DNA of 64,000 nucleotides, taken from Adineta vaga (lineage: Eukaryota > Animalia > Rotifera). The position numbers and the translations under genes were made by a program. The notes beneath the pieces were generated by a model that had not been told where the DNA came from, ran no database searches, and saw only the letters and a program-made list of their open reading frames with translations. Shown here piece after piece: positions 41,444 through 53,985 of the stretch; positions within the stretch are counted from its first letter, which is position 1; each line of letters starts with the position of its first letter. The DNA is taken from the NCBI GenBank assembly GCA_021613535.1, contig CP075494.1:11594001-11658000 (forward strand). Direction: 5' to 3'.

Positions 41444-44400
41444 CTATGCATTGATCGTAATGGAAGGATATATAATAAGACCTGAGGATGAACCTGAAAA
41501 AATACGAGTTTGTCGTTTAGTCATATTTTCGTATTGTCTAACAACATTATGTACAGCTTCAAGTGCATCCGACGATTTCCGAGCGAGTATGGCAACAGTT
41601 CCTCCACCACCACCACCTGTAATTTTAGCGCCGAGTAATACTTTTGGTGATGCTGATGATGACGATAGTGATTGTTGTCGTATTAAATTTACGAGTAAAT
41701 TTATTTCATCACTAGCTAGATCACATGCTCGATAACTAGCATCTGCTTGAAACATTAATTCACCAAGATTAGACAGGTAATCAGTACAAAGATAATGATC
41801 ATTCTTTAATAATTGTTCAAAAAGTTGGACTCGAAAATTTTCTTCAATTGGATGAGCAGTCGCTGCACGTAATGGATAGATTTCATTCGAATCGATTTTA
41901 CTCAATGGATCAAGATGCAATGATGATTGAAATTCTTTACCAACTAGTTTTTCCGGTAATAACATTCGATATTGATTATTAAATTTTGAAAGTGTTATTT
42001 GACATAGATGATGAATATTATCTGGTAGATTGAGTAGTTGTTTGCCCATAAAAGTAGCGGTCCGTACTCGTCGATATGTTGAACCAGCTGTCGACCGTTT
42101 AACACCTGAATCAATCCCGAATAATTGAATATTTGATGGTATCGTAACATTATGAAACGATGGATTAGGTACATGTTGACAAAGGAGAGAAAATAAATGA
42201 TCAGTACAAGCATGAACACATGTCATTTGATCCATAAATCCGCATGAACTACCAACAACATAATTTTCAACAAATTGACAAAGCAATGCTAATTCAGTTT
42301 TCGATATAAGATTATCTAGATTGAGGCATGAACATGCTAAAATATTCACAAGCTATGACAAAGTTAATCACTAATCTGTCTTTACCTGCACGAGCAACAG
42401 CAACTTCAAGAGCAGCAGATGAAGCTACACCCTTGTTACAGGGTACATCAGAAATAACAACTATATTGAAACCAACTGGAAGGATACTGCTCTCTGTTTT
42501 TTTTATCAATTCAGCTAAAATACCTACTATATAACTAGGCCAATTGACTGGCTCTTCGTGTGGAATTGTAGTTCTTTGTTCTTGAGTATACCATGTTTCT
42601 AATCGTTTTCTTAATGTTTCATTTTGATTATCAAAAAGTATACTCATAGGAATCTCACGATCCCATATAGTTAAGTTATGTTGATTGATAGATTTGATTT
42701 CCACATTATCTGTTTGGATACTAATAAGGCGAATTGTACTTGTGTTGGCAGGTTGAATAAAAGCATAAGTACGCTGTGCAATTGGATATTGAAGAACATG
42801 CGAACCAGAATAATCAGCAAAACCTAAAACGAATTATAAAGATCATCGTACGTTAAGTTATTCTTTTAAACATGCCTCCCATAAGGTCTAAACGACCCGG
42901 AGCACTAGCACTGTGTATTGGTGCATTAGAAATCGAGAATAAAGTTTGCACTTTATCGATTTGTTTTAATAACGACCATACATTCGAAATCGAAGAGTTG
43001 TTATGTGATTTTTCTCTTTTGTCAACAGTAAATGCTCGAAATGTTCGATAATATTCTTTTGGATCACCAATATCATATCGTTCACCATCTAATAAACAGC
43101 CAAATAATTGTCCATTCTGTCGAAGACCATTCATTGCTTCGCGTAGACCAAGTTCTACTGGAATTGTTTCTTGTTCTAGTTTTTGCTCGTGCAACCGAAG
43201 ATAGTGGAAAATTGTCGGTGGTAGAATATCCATTCCAGCTTGACAAAGAAATGAATTTTGAGATAATTTAAATTGAAAACGATTCATGGCTATATTAATA
43301 GAAGGTTTTTCGATCATATCGGTAATTTGGAAAAATTGTCTATTTTCCAGATCGATATCTGATTGTAATAGGCCAGTGCTTGAAAATTCTTCAGCAGTAC
43401 ATGTCATAACACCTGTAAGACCTTGCCGAGACGGCTCAGAGACATGTTGGCGATATGCAGTAAGTAATTGCTGTAAACATGATTGGTGAGTGTTGTTGGG
43501 TTGATAAAGATGATCACTTAACATCACAACAAATGGTTCATTACTAATATATTGTTCTGTTTGAAGAACCGCATGACCAAATCCTTTTGGTGATGTTTGT
43601 AAAATATAATCAATTTTATTATGTGGATGTGAGGAAAAATACGATTGGAATAAATGTAGTTGTTCAGGAGCAATTACAAGCAAGACTTCTTCAATACCAG
43701 TTCCTTCGGCGAAGATTTCTTCTAGAAGAAGATCAAGTACTGGACGACATGTCCATTGAGTCGAACTGGATTGAGCAATCGGTAAAAGAATCTTAGGTAT
43801 AATTGTACTTTGTGGACGCATTCGTGTACCAAGTCCAGCAGTCGGTACAACAACTTTTCGGACGACTGTTTTAGAAGATTTAAATGAAGATTTCAGGACA
43901 TTCGTATCGATGATATCTTTTTTTAACATAGTTACTACATGGTCAGAGAATGGCGTACGTGATTGAACAGACCAGCCTGTCGATGAAAATAGATTATCCC
44001 ATTCTTGTCGAGTTCGTTCCTTAGCTTTGTGTAGGAAAAACATGTGTAATGATAGAAGAGCATGGTGATTACCATTTAAATCAACTTCACGTTCGATGAC
44101 GCAGAGATGTTTAGATGGAATATGATTTAAAATAAGTTTCGCTTTTTCATCTGGCCAATCATGAAGAACACGTGATAGTAGATAGAAATCAGCTGTAGGT
44201 AATGAACCAGAAAATAGATCTCCACTTTGAAACTCAATCTTTGGATGAGATTTTGCTAAATTGATAACTTCAGGGCGATCGATACAGATTAAATGTTGAT
44301 TGGAACAGTGATTTGATAATTCACATAAAAGAGCACCCATTCCACCACCAAGATCAACAATAGTCGATGATTGAAATAGTTCATCAGGAAGTACAGATGC

Positions 44401-45784
44401 AATTCCGTGCCAATCTTGATTCGCATATGAATTCAGTACTCTTTGTGTTAAACGCATAAGTTCAGGATTTTTTGCAATTTTAGAAAATAAATCTTTGTTT
44501 GCATGCAGTTGGTGGTTACGATACTTCAAACTCGGTAACCATCCTGAAATGTATTCATCTTGTAACCAATAGAGAGCTCGATCACGAATGATACTATCTG
44601 AATCAAACAGAAGACGACCTCGTTGTGTAATGGTATATTCGCCATCGACGGATGATGGTTTAATAAAACCGAATTGATTCCATACTCGTTGAATTTGTTC
44701 CTTCAATTGTTGATCATCTTTATCAGATTTGTTTCCATTATCGAGTAAACTTGTCTTCTGTTCTAAGCCTATTTTAAGTGCAAATGCTGGCCAATAGTTC
44801 TTCGACATCTAAAAGAAAATAGATATCAAGAAAACGTTATCGATCGAAATCAATTGACCTGTTCAATATCAGCACAATTTTCATTATTACAATCGTTTAA
44901 TCGAGCTAAGATATTATGTTGCTCATCAATAATACATCTTGATCCATCATGTAACATTTGTACAAGTGCTTGACCGTTGTAAAAATTTTCAATTTGTCGA
45001 TATCGACGACCTTGTCCAGCATCCATACCATGACGATCAATAAAGAACCAACCATTTTCATCTCGTGCTCGTGCTAAACCTTTATGATAAACGTCCAGAT
45101 CAAGAAAACTTATTTTGTAAGATGATGACGATGAGTGAAGAGCATCACCATTTTCATCGATAGCATGAAAGAGACCATCGATAGAACTACGAACCACAGC
45201 ACTTCCCTAGAGTTTCATAATCCAATTGAACGTAAACTAACGAAGAAAAAGAACTTACTTCTCGAAAATCCCCTGCATACGAATGTGGACCTGAGATCAT
45301 TTTTCCTTTAGGATCAATATGATAGTATTGAAGATTAAAATCTCGCACAGGACATCGATATGATTGAAAATTACCACACCATTGCCATATGAAACTATAC
45401 GCAGAAGTTCCTGTCGTTTTAATATGATACCAATAATCAATATTCTAAAAGTATTCACATTACATTATCATTTGATTTCAACATATGACAAACCTGTACA
45501 GCAGCAAGATTTTCATAGAAACCAAATGTACGAGAAAAACGTTGAGGATAGGCATCTTCTCCTCGGTCGTTAATATGAAATGCTGCTCCCGTTCGATCAA
45601 TAACTGGAGCTAAACCGGGTGAATGAAACGGTAAAACAATTTTGAATCGATTTTCATACAATGGTTGTTGACTAGACAAACAAATGTGATATGTACCACA
45701 TGATGAAACTTTCGAATAAGTCCATTTCTGACGACGAATGATATTTTTCGATAGAATTAATTGTGAAAATCGATTCATTAACAT
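41444..45784 (-). CDS. Gene B: WG-repeat + SAM-dependent O-methyltransferase + GalU-type NTP-sugar pyrophosphorylase + L-arabinokinase-like GHMP kinase fusion, about 5 introns
   Basis: WG-type repeats (FHSPGLAPV, RTFGFYENLAAV, WCGNFQ, YAGDFRE, YHKGLARARDENGWFFIDRHG). Methyltransferase motifs VDLGGGMG, GDLF, LSRVLHDWPDE. Nucleotidyltransferase motifs VPTAGLGTRMRP...PK, QTSPKGFGHAVL, IEKP, YDIGD. Kinase motifs APGRLDLMGG|FADYSGSHVLQ, VPCNKGVASSAA, GAKITGGGGGGTV. The methyltransferase, nucleotidyltransferase and start of the kinase lie in one 651-aa ORF (42853-44808). Confidence 0.88.
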
Positions 45785-45841
45785 CTAAAATGAATTCGAA
45801 TACTATGAAAACGAACAAAATAGGAAAGAAAATGATTTTAT

Positions 45842-48800
45842 TTATATTTCAGCAGGTGGTTTTCTCATATTACAATTTTGACAAAGAGGATAGTCTGTGT
45901 AATTATTGATTAATTCTTTATATCTGTCACCAGTCCAGATTTTCAATATATTTTGATCGGTATGTTGAACATTACCAAATGAACCTAATGATAATCGTTC
46001 TTGATCGGGAGCGCAGCAAGGATCATATCGACCACTATGATTAATCCATGCTTCTTTACCTAAAAATGGACAAACACTTTCAGGATGAATTGTTGATGAA
46101 CCACTATTTTCATCCAATTCAAAGAAATTTTCAAGTTTAATCTAGAAGAGAAAAGGCAAAATGAGAAAGAATTCTCTTGATTTTTCAGGCATAAAATTTT
46201 TTACTTGTTTTCCTATAGGTAATAATTGTTGTTGAGCGATGTTTTGACATTGAATAACACATTGATTCCATCGACGAATGGCGTCAGTTGATCGACGTAG
46301 ATTTTGATCTTTGATTTGTTTAAAATGAGCCCATAAATGATGACCTTTGATACGATCGATACCCAATGAAATGCCCAATTTGACAATCTATTAGAATTAC
46401 TTTTATTTTTAATATCAAGTTAACTCGAAAGAAATGAAAATATTGAAAGAAATTTAAATGAACTTAAGAAGATATTTTTATGCAATAGGAAATGTTATGG
46501 GAAAGTTCTATGCTTGTCGGAAGGTATGTACATGACTACAAACCATTCCAAAGATTTTCTATGACTATAAGATGAGTCAAACTTTATTACCTCGGGAATT
46601 TCTGGTAAATTGATTTCCATGAAAGTCAATTGCAATGTTACTGTTGCTCGATTACCACCTTGTTCTGCCATCTGATCACGAATATGAATGAATTTTTTAA
46701 TATTATCCAGCTAGATGAAGATATAGAAAAGCGAGATACTTAAAAGAAAGAAACAATAATCAAATACTTGTCTATCAAGTTTAGAATGTTTCATCACTAT
46801 TTCTTGAGTTTTTTTTGTAATTCCATTCCAAGAAAATTTCACATCACTCAAAACTGGCATGAGTAAATGAGCCCATTCCGCAACTGAATTTTAAAATGAA
46901 TTCTTTCGATTAAAGATTCACAAAGTATCTATACATACCAGAATGACCTTGTGGAGAATGAAATGATCCATTCGTGGTAAGATTCAATTTAATATTATAA
47001 TCTCCACATAGTTTAATGATATCTTCGAATGTACGACCTTTGGCATCACGATACATAAGTGGTTCACCCATTGTTGATGGAATCTAGATATACAAAAGTA
47101 AAATTTGTTATGTGCGCGAATAGAAAGAATAAAGATAGGCGTTTTGTTCTTACAATTTCTTGTAAACCATGTGGTGCTGTTTCAGTAACAACTTGTTTAA
47201 TGATATCAAAATCCATTCTACGACGACGAATTTTTGCTTCTTTGCGCGCTTTTTGATGTGGTGAATATTCCGAATGCTGTTCACACATGATACAACTAAA
47301 ATTACAATCATCAGGATTCGTATCAAATGTTATTCGACGTGGAGCGGCTAGTTGCTCAATAGGTTTTGGTTGAAGACTGATTGATTGTTTTAGTTTTATT
47401 TGATTATTTGTCAATGTTGAATATATATTAATTAGTTCATCAACATGTGTTTCAATTGATGGTACTTGTCCATCTCTAGAATGAAGATAACCATGTTGAC
47501 CTAATTTGTCAAGTATATCTGGTTGTTGAATAACTCGAAGAATAGTATCCGCAAGTGATGAAGTATCACGATGCACAAAGGTCAATCCGTTCACTCCATC
47601 TTTGACTAATTCACTCTAAAAATAACGAAAAAATTTTTACGATAAATAAATTCAAACGATTCTCACCATTCCACCTTGGTTAGCTGTAATCACAGGTACA
47701 TGACATTGCTGTGCTTCATGAATAACTAATGGAGAGTTTTCATCCCAAATTGATGGAACAACGATACAATCAACATGATTAAAAACGCAATCTACAATTT
47801 CAGAATTCTTATATTCAGGACGCCATTCAACAGAAATTCCTGCTGCTTTAGTCATTGCTTGAAGATTACTAGTAGTAGCAGGATCTGGTCGACCATAAAT
47901 GGCCAGAGAAAATCGATCAGCAAGTTTTGGTTGAGATCGAACGATATGTTGTGCAGCTTCTACGAATTGATTGATACCTTTTGATGCAGAATGTCGTCCA
48001 ATATATCCGAAAACAATGGGTTTGTTTGATTGACGAACACGATGACGATGAGCTAAGATTGAACGATCAAATCCATATGGTAAAAATTTGACTTTTTCAG
48101 TTGCTAATCCAAATTCATTAACAAATCGTTTCTGTAAATGATGTGAAGGTGCAATAAACATATCGATGGCATCACAAGTCTCTCGTACTGTACGCATTCG
48201 TTCATTAATCCACCATGTCCAATATTCTGTTTCACGATCTTTATTTGCTGTAGTACCTATAGTAGAAATACAAAATACTTTTATATGATTTTAAAATGAT
48301 ATACCTGTTGCAAAACGCGACGTGAAACATTTCGTGGCACATTTTTCATCCTTTTGTTCTGTACATAATTCGTAAGGTATCTGGCCATTATATGTTGAAG
48401 CTACACCATTAACTAGAAATTGCCCACGTGGACACATAAGCCAATAATCATGTAACGTGTAGAGAATCTTTGCTCCTAGGAGATCTCGTGCACGTTGTGG
48501 TAATGTTAATGATAAATGATTTAAATGACCAAAATGAACAATATTTGGCTTCGGATTAAGTTTTTGACAGATATCTTCGAAACAACGATCAATATCTGTA
48601 TTTACAAATCTTTGATAGGGTGCTTCTCGTGCATGATTAATCAAATAGATTGGTATAGTTGGATCGTGTTCATCTTGAGTTTGTCGAACAAGAAAATCTG
48701 CACGAAATGGATCTTGTTCACGTGAAATAACCGATACGCTAGATGTTTTTCCCGAAAGACTCAATCGAACTGCTAATGTTTGTGTATAAACCTATACATA

Positions 48801-48969
48801 ACCATTTTCTTTAATTCTTAGAATGAGAAAAATTTATACATGCCTCTGAACCTGCATTAAATAACGGTGGATACCCATGATTAACTAATAAAACTGATGG
48901 TTTTTTAATAGTTGAAGTAGAAAAAAACGCACGTTTTACTTCTCTACATTTACCCAAAAAACGAGTCAT
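45842..48969 (-). CDS. Gene A: GT4 (GT-B) glycosyltransferase + radical SAM/SPASM-twitch fusion, about 8 introns
   Basis: NHGYPPLFNAGSEVY, HFGHLNHLS, TLHDYWLMCPRGQF, FGYIGR, VPSIWDENSPLVIHEA (EX7E). ORF 47064-47594 runs directly from the GT C-terminus into RITFDTNPDDCNFSCIMC (CxxxCxxC). Then STMGEPLMY, LTTNGSF and auxiliary Cys motifs CPFL...DPCC...CQNC. Confidence 0.9.
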
Positions 48970-49643
48970 AGAATCAAAGAATAGGATGTACGTTGTCTAG
49001 GTGTTTATTATCTACAATGAAATTGTGTGTCGTTTCTTTTCTACTACATGCTATTTATGTATCCGAGAAAAAAAAAGAACGGCGGAGATAGATTCGCTTA
49101 AATATACGTTATATTCTTCTGTCAACCTTGATTAAAGCTAAAAAAAGAAAAAAAAAATTTTTTTGTTCTGCGGTTTACCACACTGAGAAAAAATCTATCG
49201 TATTGTTTTTCTATTCGTCATCAAACAAACACGAGATAAACACACAAAAAAAATCTATCAAACAATAATGTTTTTAATGTATGTTTTAATACAATTTTAA
49301 CGATGGGTGAGGGTGTAGATATAATCAGTGTGAAAGATAAAAGAACACTAACCCTCTGTAAATATCAAATCAAGTATTTTGAAAAATAGTTCTTAGAAAA
49401 TACACATCCTTTTTGTTTAATTCAATACCTATAATGGAGAGCTATTGTTCAAACAGTCGCTGATGATGACGATGAAAAGGTATGAGAATTAGTGCACGGT
49501 ATATAATGCTTTTATTTAATAATTCAATCGATGACTGTTACATATCATAGAAATAAAAAAGCAAAGCATTATTTACAAAACGAAAAAGAGAAAGAGAGAA
49601 AAGTAGACGAATTTTATCTGACTAAGAAGTTTCGAATATACGA

Positions 49644-52600
49644 TTATAAACGTTGATCGTGTTTATTTGCTCGAATTGCTGCTTTTCGTTTAACAGATTT
49701 AACGGTAATACGTTGTGGTGCTTGTTTATTTAATGTTCGACGATATTTCTCACATGCTAAATCAAATGTAACTGCAAATGGATTGTGAATATTCGATTCG
49801 ATTTTTTGTCGAATAAATAATTCAAATATTTGTGTTCGTGTAAACCATTCCAAGAATAATTCAATTGTATGCGGTTTTGATTGAATAAAATGATCAATAT
49901 CAAATGATTGTTTCAAATAATCTTTATAATTATAACATGATTGAACAAAGATCGACATGAAAACATTTCGTAAACGTTGTTGACATTCATCTAATGATAG
50001 ATTTTGTCGATTCTTTCGTAAGGATGAAATTTCTTGTTTGAGTTCTACTTTGAAAATTTTTGGAAGAATTTGATATTGAAAAATGGAATGATGAAGATTA
50101 TCAGTTGATCCACGTAATGATTCATTAGGAAGATAATCATTAATGGAATATATATGATCATGATCAATATCAACAATAAGAATATCAGAATTATCTTGAG
50201 ATAGAAATTCATCATTTTCAGAAAGATAATGTTCACAAGAACGTAATATGCCGATGATATAAGGTGTGGGCGCTTGAAGAACATCAAGCATCAATGGTGG
50301 TAATATTGGAACATATGTATGTGGCCAAGAAAATGGATAAAGAAGACAGATAAATGTATTAATCAAACGAGTTAATGAGCCAAGTTCATCACCAATAAAA
50401 ATGATTTTTTGTTCGTAAAGAATAGATGAGAAAATTTTGATAATTGTATCTAAAACAAATGATAAAATAGATTGTTTCTCTAATTCTATAGATTGATTTA
50501 TCTATCATACCTGTCGATAAATTCAATAAACCACCTGAATCAATCAATTGCTTTCGTCGATCATGTTCACATTTAAGTGTATATAATCCTACTGTAGTTG
50601 TATGAATATGTATCGCATCACCGCGACTCGGTAATCGATGTGGATAAATTTCTTTAAGAAATCGTTTTGCATCATCTTCTTTGTACGAAAGAAACAATTC
50701 CGTTGCTGTTGAAAGTATTTTTTCATATAAATCTATCGTATCACACGGAGAAACAATACATAATGCATTTAAAATTCCTTTATGAAGAAAACGTGAACAA
50801 TAACCATGTTGTCGATTTCCACGCATATCGGTTAATGTAAAACGAAAATATTCGGGTCGTGGTCGTTTAGGTGATAGAATTGAATTGATAGTATGATGAG
50901 AATTAGTATTATTATTTGAATCATGTTGATCAGGAAAACAGAAATATTTTAATGTTGATTCGTCGATTGCATCTGTTGGATATTTAAAACGAATTGATGT
51001 AGATGTTTGAAGTTGAGGATTGATATGTAAATTTGATGAGGAGAGACAACCAGTACCATTAGCAAAATAACCAAGCTCTTGTTCGGGTAGAATATGTACT
51101 ACATAATCATATAAAGTTTTCATTTCTTTTACAGTTGTTAAATGATTTGGTTCAGTAAAAAGACTAGTCAAATGACTTCCTGTACCTAGATGAAACAAGA
51201 TATAATTTAGACAAAGCAAACGATATTTTTTTCGCAATTACCTAAAGTATCATAAACATTTCGAACTCGACTAACATGATCCAATCGAGATGTTCGAATT
51301 TCATCAGTATTTTCCGATGTTGTACTTCCTGAATCATCACTATCAATCGTCATTGCAGTACTATCATTGATAGATTTCTCATTTAAAGATTGTTTTGATG
51401 ATGATAATGGAAGAATTCGTTTGAAACGATTGAGCAATCCACGTGGCGAAAAGAATGCTAATGATGATGATGATTTTGCTTTTGTTAAATTTGGTTCACT
51501 AATACCTTTCTTCATGGCAGATTTTAGATTCGTTAATGGTCGATTTTGTTTTGATTTAGAAATCGAGCCTTGAAAGTTCGTATCATCTTCTACAGTTTTC
51601 ATTGTTTGTGTTCGTTTACTATAGAATAAAAATTGTTCACCATCATCTTTTGTTAATGTTGGAAGAGGTGTTTTTAATTCTTCATAGATATTTTCATTTG
51701 GTACAATGTTCGTAGTTGGATCAGTATGGATACATTCTTTGTCTAATGGAAGAAGACCACTCGATAATAAAGCACTTGAAACACCCGCAGTCAAATCCAT
51801 ACAACTAACAGAACGAGCACCTAGAAATTAAAAAAATCAAAACTTAATTCATTAATGAAAATAGTGGGATGAATAGGATCAAGATTTATATTTTGCGTAC
51901 ATCAAGGACTTAACAAATGACAAAAAAAACACACACACAATAGAATAAATGATCAAACTTTACCGAGATCAAATGTAGGTGAATCACTTTCTGATGTTGA
52001 AGATGAAGGCACTTTTTGATCCAAAGTTGTTGATAAATGACCGTATCGAGTTTCATGTTCAAATGTTCTTGGTGGTTTGTTTGGCGCAAGTTGTTGAAAT
52101 AGAGGATTGTCTACAACTGGTAGTGGACTTTCTTCTCGTTCGCTAACTTGTTTTTGCACACTAACTGGACTATAAATAGATGAATTGCGTGGAACTTGAA
52201 ATCCAGTTGAACTAGTTGAACGTAATGTATGTTTTCGATTCAATGAAGAACATAATTCTTCATCAATGGAAGTATGTTCAGGAAAAGATGTTGTTTGAAC
52301 AATATATTTTGCAGATGAAGATGATGATGTTGATGAAATAGATGGAGAATTAAGTACGGATGAATTACGAATGGATGTATGACGAATGACAGAAACTGGA
52401 CGACGTTCAAGAGTTGATGTAGGTGAATGATTTAATTTAATATGTGAACGACTTATCAATGAAGGACTATCAAAGACATCATCACTTGAATAAGAATTTG
52501 CAATAATCACAGGAGTACCAATATCAGATTCATATAATACCTGTAAGAAACCAAGAGAAGAAGCTATGTGATCAATAGAAATGTTTATGCTTACCCATGG

Positions 52601-53985
52601 CTGTAATCTTTGTCGTTCATCACTGGATGTTGAAAAATCAATACTATGATTAGTAGCTAGAGAATTTCGTTTGGATACCATCGATGGTGAAGAATTAGAA
52701 TCATAACCGGTAGATGAAAGTGATGCTGATGATTCAAGTCGTCGTGCTGATTGAAATAATTCATTATTTGTATCGTATATAACTGATGCATTTGGTTGAG
52801 AAGTAATCGAAGTTGTTTTAACTAAAACTGGTTTTGCATTCATAACTGAACCTCGTTGTAAACTTGCAACATATTGACGTGTACTGCCGATTCGATTGAA
52901 AGATTTCGTTGTTGGTGAAGCGTCATAACTATCAGTATAATTGACAGCAGCAGCCATAGCCAATTGACGTCGTTGATCAGATGTTAAACTAGATTTTGCA
53001 CGTTCGATGGGCAAGATGACTTGTTGTGGTACTAATGTTGTATATAAAAGGGTGTCTAAAATATGAAATAGACATTTATGACTTGCTTACACGTATGTGT
53101 TACTAAATAAAAACTCGAGAAAAAAGAGGAATATATGAGAAGGATGAATTGAAAGATGTGTAGGTGGAAGAATGACTGATGAAATATCAATGTTGCTTAC
53201 CAACTAGATAGATATTAGACTCATGGCCTTTGCCATTCTTCTTCTTTTTTTCTGTCTCTATTATCTCGCAACATTCCAATGTTTATTTTTCTCCAATGTT
53301 CTTCGGATTTTTTCCTCTTTCGATTGATGATGATGATGATCAATCGAACGAACTACTCGAATTTCGAATAAAAAAAAAAGAAGAAATGTCGACCTTATAT
53401 ATCTTTTCACATCTTGTTTTTCTTTGCGATTCGTATTGATTTTCGTGTGTTTTTTTACTGTTCGCATTGGTCCCTGATGATTTATGAGGAGAGATAAAGC
53501 ATGTCTCTGACATTCAAACAGATGATTGCCTTTATTTTCAAAAACAAAATGTATTTTTATATGTTACCTGTTTGTATAGGACTTTCATTTTTTTGAGATA
53601 ATGTGGATAACGGATCTTGAACTGATTTATTTACAAGTTCCGAATGAAATACTGGACAATGACAAAGATAATTTTCTGATTCTAATTTATCGTTTTCTTC
53701 AATGAAATTGTCAGGGTTATGAGAGGATGAATGCTGTAATTTTTCATCATCAGTAACGGATAATTGAAGTACCATAAACGACGTTGATGGATTTGTTCGT
53801 TCTGTACGTTGTTCATGAATTGTTGATAAAGTTTTATGAGGAGAAGATGATGATGACGATTTTTGCGTATCGAACATTTGTCGAATCTGTTGAAAATGTC
53901 CTTTTGGTAAACATCGTACACTTTCACGTATACGCGTGCCTGAACGGATAATAGGAGTATCCGCTTCACATTGTGTTTTCATCAT
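49644..53985 (-). CDS. DENN-domain Rab GEF, DENND2/ST5-like (start approximate)
   Basis: Long Ser-rich N-terminus, then FCFPD, FRFTLTDMRGNRQHGYC, YPFSWPHTYVPILPPLMLDVLQAPTPYIIGIL and dDENN FLEWFTRTQIFELFI. Confidence 0.85.

Noticed and set aside
45785-45880. Genes A and B forming a single polypeptide through an intron that skips the stop
   Set aside because: The one nearby donor I tested (gtaata within the last CxxC) removes a conserved Cys and puts gene B out of frame. AATAAA overlaps the stop, and gene B has its own presequence-like start.
41451-48725. Short plus-strand ORFs antisense to the cassette
   Set aside because: Shadow frames of the minus-strand coding exons with no independent signatures.
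41444-48969. Bacterial contamination as the source of the cassette
   Set aside because: Both genes contain many short spliceosomal introns of the same style as neighbouring metazoan genes and are contiguous with them. Long reads would still be the definitive test.
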